A stretch of 47,928 nucleotides of DNA from a virus. The DNA is taken from positions 1 to 47,928 of IMG/VR virus record IMGVR_UViG_3300020582_000001, one strand, 5' to 3'. How positions within the stretch are numbered: position 1 is the stretch's first letter; every line of letters begins with the position of its first letter. The notes below the pieces were generated by a model that was not told the DNA's origin, did no database searches, and worked only from the letters and a program-made list of their open reading frames with translations. Below are positions 41,910 to 47,928 of the stretch, piece by piece. Position numbers and translations under genes: made by a program.

Positions 41910-42098
41910 TCATAGCATGTATCCTTTCAGGAATGGGCGAACCACAAAATGCCCCGGCTGGTAGCAGTAAATAAGGTTGTACCGGCAAGCTACTTTATTA
42001 GCTTCGTCCCATGTATCAGCAAGGATAAACCCAACTACGCCTTTGTAATCCTTTCCTATCCAGTAAGTCACACGCCAACTATAACGGATCATGGTCAT
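41910..42098 (-). CDS. Small protein, paralog 1 of a tandem pair (62 aa)
   Basis: MTMIRYSWRVTYWIGKDYKGVVGFILADTWDEANKVACRYNLIYCYQPGHFVVRPFLKGYML. The ATG at 42098 forms ATGA with the upstream stop (the track start 42128 lies further upstream). Confidence 0.6.
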   Translation of the reverse strand: MTMIRYSWRVTYWIGKDYKGVVGFILADTWDEANKVACRYNLIYCYQPGHFVVRPFLKGYML

Positions 42099-42277
42099 TC
42101 CTCCACAACGGGAATTGCATTGATGCAAGCGAGATATTGCTTGTAAAGCTGATCCAATACGATAACCAAATCACGTTTGCGACTGGCAGTCATTGTTGGG
42201 CGCGAGCGCTCTACCATGCCGTATAGATCGCGCTCGGTATCACATACGCGCAGATGGAGCTTTTCGCTCTTGGTCAT
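42095..42277 (-). CDS. Hypothetical small protein (60 aa)
   Basis: ATGA overlaps at both ends. MTKSEKLHLRVCDTERDLYGMVERS... Confidence 0.55.
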   Translation of the reverse strand: MTKSEKLHLRVCDTERDLYGMVERSRPTMTASRKRDLVIVLDQLYKQYLACINAIPVVEE

Positions 42278-42471
42278 GGGTGTACCCTTTCACCTTCTAC
42301 CAGTGTGGAGATATAGAATAGTCTGCCACCGGTTTTCTGCCGTATTAGCTGGCGACGGTGGTGCTCAGCAGCAGCTAATGATTTGTGTGCTGCACGAATG
42401 ATAGGCGTGCGGTATTTGCCTACATCATTCACTTCTAAGCTGTAGGTATCAACACATGTGAGATACATCAT
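42274..42471 (-). CDS. Hypothetical small protein (65 aa)
   Basis: Start at ATG 42471, preceded by GGAAGGAATTGGCACC. This 21-nt initiation region is identical to that of 42488..42679. Confidence 0.55.
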   Translation of the reverse strand: MMYLTCVDTYSLEVNDVGKYRTPIIRAAHKSLAAAEHHRRQLIRQKTGGRLFYISTLVEGERVHP

Positions 42472-42487
42472 GGTGCCAATTCCTTCC

Positions 42488-42679
42488 TTAATACACTCGC
42501 CCATGCAGTGTTGGTTTAACCCATTTCTCGGTGTTAAACGCTTCGCATGCGCGGATGTACGCTTCACACCGTTCCTTTGCGGCTGGTAATCCTTTCATGT
42601 CATGGGCGACATAAATTTGTTTTCGTGTTCCGCTATCAACCGCATACCCATCGGCAATCTGACGCAAGGTGTAGATCAT
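42488..42679 (-). CDS. Hypothetical small protein (63 aa)
   Basis: Start at ATG 42679, preceded by the same GGAAGGAATTGGCACC. MIYTLRQIADGYAVDSG... Confidence 0.55.
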   Translation of the reverse strand: MIYTLRQIADGYAVDSGTRKQIYVAHDMKGLPAAKERCEAYIRACEAFNTEKWVKPTLHGRVY

Positions 42680-42840
42680 GGTGCCAATTCCTTCCATGCT
42701 TTGAATTGCTCATTCAGCGACTTGCCGGCCAGTTCATTGTCGATTTGCAGCGTGTCTGTCAGTCCATAGACTTTCAGATTACGCTCCCGCCAAGCCTCGA
42801 TTTGCTGGCGCTGGTATTCGTCTCTCAGTTGATTGGTCAT
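42676..42840 (-). CDS. Small helical protein (54 aa; below the track cutoff)
   Basis: Hand-translated: MTNQLRDEYQRQQIEAWRERNLKVYGLTDTLQIDNELAGKSLNEQFKAWKELAP. SD ggag lies upstream. Its stop forms ATGA with the next start. Confidence 0.5.
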   Translation of the reverse strand: MTNQLRDEYQRQQIEAWRERNLKVYGLTDTLQIDNELAGKSLNEQFKAWKELAP

Positions 42841-42891
42841 TGGTGATTACTCCATTAAAAGCATTGAGGTTTGCCACATACATGGCAGTGT

Positions 42892-42927
42892 CGGCTTATT
42901 CCTGGCGTCTCACATGGGAATAAGCCG
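42892..42927 (-). other. Strong hairpin (11-bp perfect stem, 14-nt loop) in the early transcript
   Basis: cggcttattcc (42892-42902) pairs with ggaataagccg (42917-42927). No flanking T-run on either strand. Confidence 0.6.
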
Positions 42928-42953
42928 AGCCAACGATGCAGCCACACTCGCAT

Positions 42954-43064
42954 TTAGCGCCTTCCATTCAGATAGTCAGTTGCGCTTACGAAGCGCCAAG
43001 CTGAACCACCGTCGAACATGTTGCGCCAAGCCTGATAGCATCCTGCCAGTTTCATTTCAGTCAT
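42954..43064 (-). CDS. Possible first early micro-ORF (36 aa)
   Basis: ATG 43064 follows AAGGAC. MTEMKLAGCYQAWRNMFDGGSAWRFVSATDYLNGRR. The track start 43148 has no SD. Confidence 0.35.
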   Translation of the reverse strand: MTEMKLAGCYQAWRNMFDGGSAWRFVSATDYLNGRR

Positions 43065-43410
43065 TGGTGATGTCCTTGGCTGATAACATCGACGCTCACT
43101 CTTGCTGTCGAATGAGCGCAGTCTTATCAGCGATCCGCGACTTACCAATGGTGCTTACCTCATCCGGGCTGCTCACTGCACAATCGCTCATCGTCTCGAT
43201 TGCCTCGCTTGCCTTGCCGGTTATCTCAGCACCCGTTTGCACGGTACCAGCCGATCATGCCCGCTATCTTTCATCGGGTCGGCTGGTCTATCGCCTTCTC
43301 GGCGTACCTCAGAACGGTGAGCCCGTCTGACAGGACCGAATATGATCGTATCAATCACACCTTGCAACACATTTATTAGTTGAGTTGCATTCAATCATTG
43401 AGTGTGTGAT

Positions 43411-43604
43411 GTTAGCATACATGATATATGATGCGCATTATGATTAGGCGATTTGTATGCAATATATTTCATGCTAACTTCGTGCCACATTCGATCAGAG
43501 ACCGGGGGTATCGTGCTGGCCGGATGCTAACGTGCGTGCGATGGGGAAATTCCTACCCAAAATGTGCGGCGACAAAAATTTTTGAGTATGCTAACTGTTA
43601 GCAT
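43411..43604. promoter_or_regulatory. Cluster of five ATGCTAAC sites (operator-like), including a perfect 8-1-8 palindrome
   Basis: gttagcat 43411-43418, atgctaac 43471-43478, atgctaac 43524-43531, and atgctaac-t-gttagcat 43588-43604. Two more gctaac cores lie at 43619-43624 and 43628-43633. Confidence 0.6.
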
Positions 43605-43606
43605 TC

Positions 43607-43635
43607 TTGACACCAGGAGCTAACTACGCTAACAT
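43607..43635 (+). promoter_or_regulatory. Sigma70-like promoter candidate for the late (terS) operon
   Basis: TTGACA (43607-43612), a 17-nt spacer, then TAACAT (43630-43635). The terS ATG at 43642 would lie at or next to the predicted +1. There is no SD within 15 nt of the ATG. Confidence 0.4.
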
Positions 43636-43641
43636 ACCTTC

Positions 43642-44151
43642 ATGAACACGATCTTAGAAGACAGCAAGCTCGGTCCCGCCATGTCTAGCCTGAATGCCAG
43701 GCAAAGGTCATTCGTGATCGCCTATTGTGCCACTGGTGGCAAGAACGCCGTAGGAGCGGCTAGAACCGCAGGCTACGAGGGTACAGACGTGTCCCTTCGC
43801 GTTCAAGCCCACCGGCTGGCGCATTCCGAGGCGGTCCAGGCAGCCATCCACGAGGAAGTCGGTCGCCGGCAGCAGGCCCTCGCCCCGATGGCACAATTGA
43901 ACATCGAAAGGATCGCCAATAACACGCTCAACCGCAATTCATTCGAGGCCAACAAGCTTCTCCTGGCCCTAGCCGGTCACTCCGCAGTGCAAAAATCCGA
44001 GCACAAGGTCACTCAGGAGCTTACCACCAAGGAAATGATTGAGGAAATCCGCAAACTCGGCGCTACCCTGGGGGCAAACGTCGTCAAATCGCTCCTGCCA
44101 CCCACAATCGACATCACTCCGACCTCAGTGGTAGTCGATGACGACTTCTGA
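43642..44151 (+). CDS. terS: Terminase small subunit (Terminase_2-like)
   Basis: ..LNARQRSFVIAYCATGGKNAVGAARTAGYEGTDVSLRVQAHRLAHSEAVQAAI.. is the classic HTH opening of Terminase_2 small subunits. It lies directly upstream of terL. Confidence 0.8.
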   Translation: MNTILEDSKLGPAMSSLNARQRSFVIAYCATGGKNAVGAARTAGYEGTDVSLRVQAHRLAHSEAVQAAIHEEVGRRQQALAPMAQLNIERIANNTLNRNSFEANKLLLALAGHSAVQKSEHKVTQELTTKEMIEEIRKLGATLGANVVKSLLPPTIDITPTSVVVDDDF

Positions 44152-45637
44152 CCTCGAAACTCTCGACCGGAGCGAGCTAAACCGGATACTCGCGGGCCTC
44201 AAAGCGGCTGAGAAGCTAAAGCAAAGGGCAAAACTTGACTTCTTCGTACCCTACCCTAAGCAATTGGAGTTTTACAGGCTCGGCGCAACGAAGCGCGAGC
44301 GTGTTATCATGGCTGGAAACCAGCTTGGAAAGACGGAGTGCGGTGCCGTCGAGATGGCTTTCCATCTCACTGGTCTCTACCCCAAATGGTGGCCTGGAAA
44401 ACGTTTTACGAAACCCATTATGGCATGGGCCTGTGGGGAAAGCGCAGCAAAGGTAAGAGATGTCCAACAATCAAAACTCTGTGGACACCATACGATCGCT
44501 CAGTTGCCGAGTGACGAAGGTTGGGGAACTGGTTTTATCCCCCGGCACCTGCTTCTCGGTAGAACTCTCGGACATGGAACTACAGGCGCTTTTGATACGA
44601 TCACTGTCCGTCACACCACAGGCGGAATTAGCGTCCTTGGTTTTAAGTCTTATGTCCAAGGCCGTGCCCTGTTCCAAGCCGACAGCCTCGACCTGGTTTG
44701 GGAAGATGAGGAACCGCCTGGCGACGTTCATTCGGAGTGTAAGGCGCGCATAACCGCTACTGGCGGAATGCTCTACATGACCTTCACGCCGCTGAACGGC
44801 ATTACCGAGATTGTGTCGGATTTCTACCCAGCCCCCAATTCCGTCAGTCGGGGCTTTGTGCTGATGGGGATGAGGGACGTTACCCACATTCCCAATCCCG
44901 AGGAAGTGGCTGCCGGTTACAAACCTTTCGAGCGCGAAGCCCGCGTCAATGGCATTCCCCTCTTGGGCTCAGGTGCCGTGTGGGAGGAAGTGTCACCTGA
45001 CATGATCCGTGTGCCACCAATCCCGCTTAGTGAGATACCGCCTTTCTGGAAGAAGATAGCCGGGGTGGACTTTGGCATTGGTCACCCTTTCGCGTGTGCT
45101 ACCCTTTGTCACGATGCCGATGCGGATATCGTCTATGTCGTCCACGAACACAAAGTTGCAGATGCAATGTCCGCACTGCATGTCGCTGCACTCCGTCCCG
45201 TCCTCGGAGAAATTCCTGTCGCGTGGCCACATGACGGGGGAGACCGTGAAAAATCCACAGGCATACAGCTTGTCGAAAGCTACCGCGATCTTCCCGGCAG
45301 TCCTGGCTTGCGGATGCGGCCTACTCACGCTACTCACCCGCGAGGAGGCTATTCAACTGAGGCTGGTATAGATGCCATCCTGATACGGATGCGCACTGGC
45401 CGCTTCAAGGTTTTCAGCACCCTCGTCAACTGGTGGTTAGAGTTTGGAAGCTACCATCGCAAAGATGGTTTGATCGTAAAAAAGAATGATGACTTGATGT
45501 CCGCAACAAGGCAGGGTATTATGGACCTTCGGTACGCCCGCCCTGTGCTGTTCGGGAGACCGCCTGCGCTCAAAAAGCCAGGACCGCCTCAGCAGCTTGA
45601 CCCTTGGACAGACAGGCCGGTGAAACTTGGCTACTAA
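44138..45637 (+). CDS. terL: Terminase large subunit
   Basis: 499 aa. ..YPKQLEFYRLGATKRERVIMAGNQLGKTECGA.. (Walker A-like GNQxGKT), an ..LVWEDEEP.. acidic Walker B-like motif, and a C-terminal nuclease-like half. It overlaps terS by 14 nt. Confidence 0.9.
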   Translation: MTTSDLETLDRSELNRILAGLKAAEKLKQRAKLDFFVPYPKQLEFYRLGATKRERVIMAGNQLGKTECGAVEMAFHLTGLYPKWWPGKRFTKPIMAWACGESAAKVRDVQQSKLCGHHTIAQLPSDEGWGTGFIPRHLLLGRTLGHGTTGAFDTITVRHTTGGISVLGFKSYVQGRALFQADSLDLVWEDEEPPGDVHSECKARITATGGMLYMTFTPLNGITEIVSDFYPAPNSVSRGFVLMGMRDVTHIPNPEEVAAGYKPFEREARVNGIPLLGSGAVWEEVSPDMIRVPPIPLSEIPPFWKKIAGVDFGIGHPFACATLCHDADADIVYVVHEHKVADAMSALHVAALRPVLGEIPVAWPHDGGDREKSTGIQLVESYRDLPGSPGLRMRPTHATHPRGGYSTEAGIDAILIRMRTGRFKVFSTLVNWWLEFGSYHRKDGLIVKKNDDLMSATRQGIMDLRYARPVLFGRPPALKKPGPPQQLDPWTDRPVKLGY

Positions 45638-47456
45638 AGACCCGTTTGCTACCGGCGACTATAGCGCTAATTACACTGGTGGCAACGACCACGAGGAAGA
45701 GAAGCTTGCTTTCTATATCCAGCTTTTCAACCAGCTTCGGGCCAGACGCGTAAATTTTGAGTTGCAATGGGAGGAAACCGCTTCCCTCTGTTGGCCCGAG
45801 TACCAGAGCAGCTTTTTCTTCGGCCGCGACGTTGCACCTGGCATGAAGCGCCAGCAATACCAACTTGACACCACTGCCCAGGTCAGCAGCCATCGTTTTG
45901 GAGCTATAGCCGAATGGTTGCTGACGCCCACCAATCTTATGTGGTCTGCTGTATGCGCTGGGGGCGAGAACGGCGAATACCTCATGAAACGCAGGGAAGT
46001 CGCCCTCTATTACGAGCAACTGACCCGCATCATGTGGATGGAGCGTTATAAGCCCGAAGCAAACTTCATTGGGCAAAATTCCCAAAATATGCAGGGCCTC
46101 GGTGTCTTCGGCAACATGGGGATGTTCACTGACGAGTATTGTGACACTGTTGACCCCAAAAAGCGCGGTCTGAGCTACCTAGCTACTCCGGTTGGTGAGA
46201 TTTATGTTATTCGAGACCATCAGCGCCGGGTCGTGGGCTTCATCCGTCATTTTCGCCTTACCGCTCAGCAGGCCAAACGCAAGTGGAAGGACAAGGTTGT
46301 TCCAGTCCTTGAGGCGGCATTACAGATTAACAGCACGCAGCTATACGACTTCCTGCATATTGTGCGCCCGCGTGATGATTATAATCCGGGTTTTCTGCTC
46401 TCCCCGAAGGGCAAGAAATACGAGAGCGTGTACATTTCGTACCAGGGTCACTGCATTCTTGAAGAAAGTGGATATCGCACTATGCCTCTGGCATATGGCG
46501 CTTATATGCAGGCCCCCGATGAAGACTATGGGCGCGGGCCTGCTCAGATGGTGCTCGCGAGCCTTAAAACGCTCAACGCGGAGAAAGCCATCTTCCTCAA
46601 GCAAGGACATCGTGCATCTGATCCTGCTTATCTCATTGGAGACACAGGGCTTCTCGACTTACGCACAAACTCAGGCTCGTTTAACGCGGGGGGTGTAACT
46701 CCTGATGGGCGGCCCCTTGTACACATTCTTCCGACAGGTGAAATCCAGATTACTGAAAAGATGATGGAGAATGAGCTAGTCGGGGTGAACGATGCTTTCC
46801 TGGTCAATCTGTTCAAGATGATTATGGAAAATCCTACTGACATGAATTATCGCCAGGTGTTGGAATACGTTAATGAACGCGGTATCTTCCTGGCTCCGAC
46901 GATTGGTCGCCAATGTAGCGAGTATCTTGGTCCTCTCCACGATCGCGAACTTGATATTTTATCCTGGCTTCGCAAACTGCCCCCGGTGCCTCCCATACTC
47001 AAAGAAGCAAAAGCTGGACTTGACTACCAAATTGTTTACTCTTCACCTATCGCGCGATCGGTGCAGTCGCAGGAGAGCGCTGGGTTTATGCGAATTGTGG
47101 AGTGGGCCTCTGCCACCAGCCAGGCGATTGGTGATCCGTCGTTGATGGACAACTTCGACTTCGATACTTCGATCGCGGCTATGGGCAAACAGTCTGCTAC
47201 TCCGCCCTCCTGGTTTTCTTCCAATGAGCAGAAGGCTAAGGCGCGTAAGGCTAGGGCTGATGCTGAGGAACGGTCGAACCAGGTTAAGGAATTGCCGGGT
47301 AAGGCAGCTATCATGAAGGCACAGGCTATCAGCGACAAAGCGGGCGCTGGGCAAAATACTGGTGGTGCTCTAAGTGGCACGCCGCCCACAGGTATGCCGG
47401 GTGTGCCAAATCAACAAGGTCAGATTACTAACAACCAAGGATTTCAAGGCCCATGA
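45627..47456 (+). CDS. Portal (head-tail connector, podovirus gp8-like)
   Basis: 609 aa, directly after terL. TTG start overlapping the terL stop (no upstream ATG in frame). Size, position and the Gln/Gly-rich C-terminal tail fit podovirus portals. Confidence 0.8.
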   Translation: MATKDPFATGDYSANYTGGNDHEEEKLAFYIQLFNQLRARRVNFELQWEETASLCWPEYQSSFFFGRDVAPGMKRQQYQLDTTAQVSSHRFGAIAEWLLTPTNLMWSAVCAGGENGEYLMKRREVALYYEQLTRIMWMERYKPEANFIGQNSQNMQGLGVFGNMGMFTDEYCDTVDPKKRGLSYLATPVGEIYVIRDHQRRVVGFIRHFRLTAQQAKRKWKDKVVPVLEAALQINSTQLYDFLHIVRPRDDYNPGFLLSPKGKKYESVYISYQGHCILEESGYRTMPLAYGAYMQAPDEDYGRGPAQMVLASLKTLNAEKAIFLKQGHRASDPAYLIGDTGLLDLRTNSGSFNAGGVTPDGRPLVHILPTGEIQITEKMMENELVGVNDAFLVNLFKMIMENPTDMNYRQVLEYVNERGIFLAPTIGRQCSEYLGPLHDRELDILSWLRKLPPVPPILKEAKAGLDYQIVYSSPIARSVQSQESAGFMRIVEWASATSQAIGDPSLMDNFDFDTSIAAMGKQSATPPSWFSSNEQKAKARKARADAEERSNQVKELPGKAAIMKAQAISDKAGAGQNTGGALSGTPPTGMPGVPNQQGQITNNQGFQGP

Positions 47457-47698
47457 CCCTCACTCAAATGCAGGAGTGCTATCGTGCTACTTTCCTCGGG
47501 AAAGACGGCCAGGTGGTGCTCCAGGACTTGATGGGGAAATGTTTTGCCAACCAGACGACTGCTGTTGCTAATGAGCGGCAATCCATGCTCAATGAGGGCC
47601 ACCGGCAAGTCTGGCTCCATATCAACACGATGCTGAACCTGACCCCTGAGCAGATAGCCCGCTGCCAGCTTGGTCTTCCCTTCATCCAGGGCGAATAG
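47453..47698 (+). CDS. Small conserved head-module protein (possibly Bbp19-like)
   Basis: 81 aa, with ATGA overlap to the portal stop. ..FLGKDGQVVLQDLMGKCF....NEGHRQVWLHINTML.. resembles the Bbp19-type small proteins found after podovirus portals. This is from memory only. Confidence 0.6.
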   Translation: MTLTQMQECYRATFLGKDGQVVLQDLMGKCFANQTTAVANERQSMLNEGHRQVWLHINTMLNLTPEQIARCQLGLPFIQGE

Positions 47699-47705
47699 GA
47701 ATACC

Positions 47706-47903
47706 GTGGCTGACACTCCGTCAACACCCTCGGAAATCCGAGCAGAACTAAAGGTCGTGAAGCGCCTTGTCGCTGAGCTACCTATCCAACATGCGCTAAA
47801 CCTGGAGGGGTTGCAGAACCTCGCCGCCGACTACTTCGGTACTCATCCGCGTTGGAATGAGTTTGTCCAGGCTGCGAACCGTATGGTGATCGCCAATGGC
47901 TGA
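47706..47903 (+). CDS. Hypothetical small head-module protein (65 aa)
   Basis: GTG at 47706 follows AGGA. Its 3' end lies inside the terminal repeat (= 1..102) and overlaps the scaffold ATG. Confidence 0.5.
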   Translation: MADTPSTPSEIRAELKVVKRLVAELPIQHALNLEGLQNLAADYFGTHPRWNEFVQAANRMVIANG

Positions 47904-47928
47904 TGGTGATACCCCAATCGTCGAGGAA
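47802..47928. repeat. Terminal direct repeat, right copy (identical to 1..127)
   Basis: Exact 127-nt identity with the window start, read directly. Confidence 0.95.

Noticed and set aside
42833-43330. 165-aa plus-strand ORF in the early leader region
   Set aside because: It is Ser/Leu/Ala-rich and overlaps two SD-equipped minus-strand small ORFs and the hairpin. It would be transcribed against the early promoter direction. A real gene in 43065-43330 cannot be fully excluded on either strand.
45570-46085. 171-aa minus-strand ORF
   Set aside because: It lies antisense to the terL/portal junction and the portal N-terminus. It has no SD, and both plus-strand genes are well supported.

Overview
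This window is a complete, circularly closed tailed-phage genome. Bases 1-127 recur exactly at 47802-47928, giving a unit length of 47,801 bp. The plus-strand late arm runs from 43.6 kb through the junction to 26.4 kb and follows T7-like podovirus order. It carries terS, terL, a portal, two small ORFs, a scaffold, then a six-gene accessory island (GT-A glycosyltransferase, GH24 endolysin, a repeat-rich protein). After the island come the major capsid protein, five small virion ORFs, two tandem gp11-like adaptor paralogs, a gp12-like nozzle, and three internal virion proteins, one with a lytic transglycosylase motif. The arm ends with a tail fibre, a beta-helix depolymerase-like protein carrying a Sec signal peptide, a lipoprotein/membrane-protein lysis-like cassette, an Ig-like ORF and an 1107-aa terminal ORF. 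A bidirectional terminator at 26.46 kb separates it from the minus-strand early arm (43.1 to 26.5 kb). The early arm encodes many tightly coupled small ORFs, several below the 60-aa track cutoff. It also encodes a family A DNA polymerase, a DUF2815-like SSB, a Cas4-like PD-(D/E)XK nuclease, a small resolvase-like nuclease, a metallophosphoesterase and a nucleoside 2-deoxyribosyltransferase-like protein. One primase-polymerase/helicase gene (38181..39950) is inverted inside this arm. I recognised no RNA polymerase, integrase, repressor, tRNA or CRISPR array. The most interesting items are: (1) the divergent control region at 43.07-43.64 kb with five ATGCTAAC sites and a possibly leaderless terS promoter; (2) a glycosyltransferase-containing island between scaffold and capsid genes; (3) a 270-nt GC-rich leader before the capsid gene with mutually exclusive pairings; (4) a signal-peptide-bearing beta-helix enzyme; (5) tandem tiny acidic paralogs and an Asp/Tyr-rich acidic protein as anti-defence candidates; (6) a structured ssb-pol intercistronic region; (7) a possible same-strand overprinted gene pair after the polymerase. 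All functional calls rest on motifs read by eye and on remembered family features; no database search was run.
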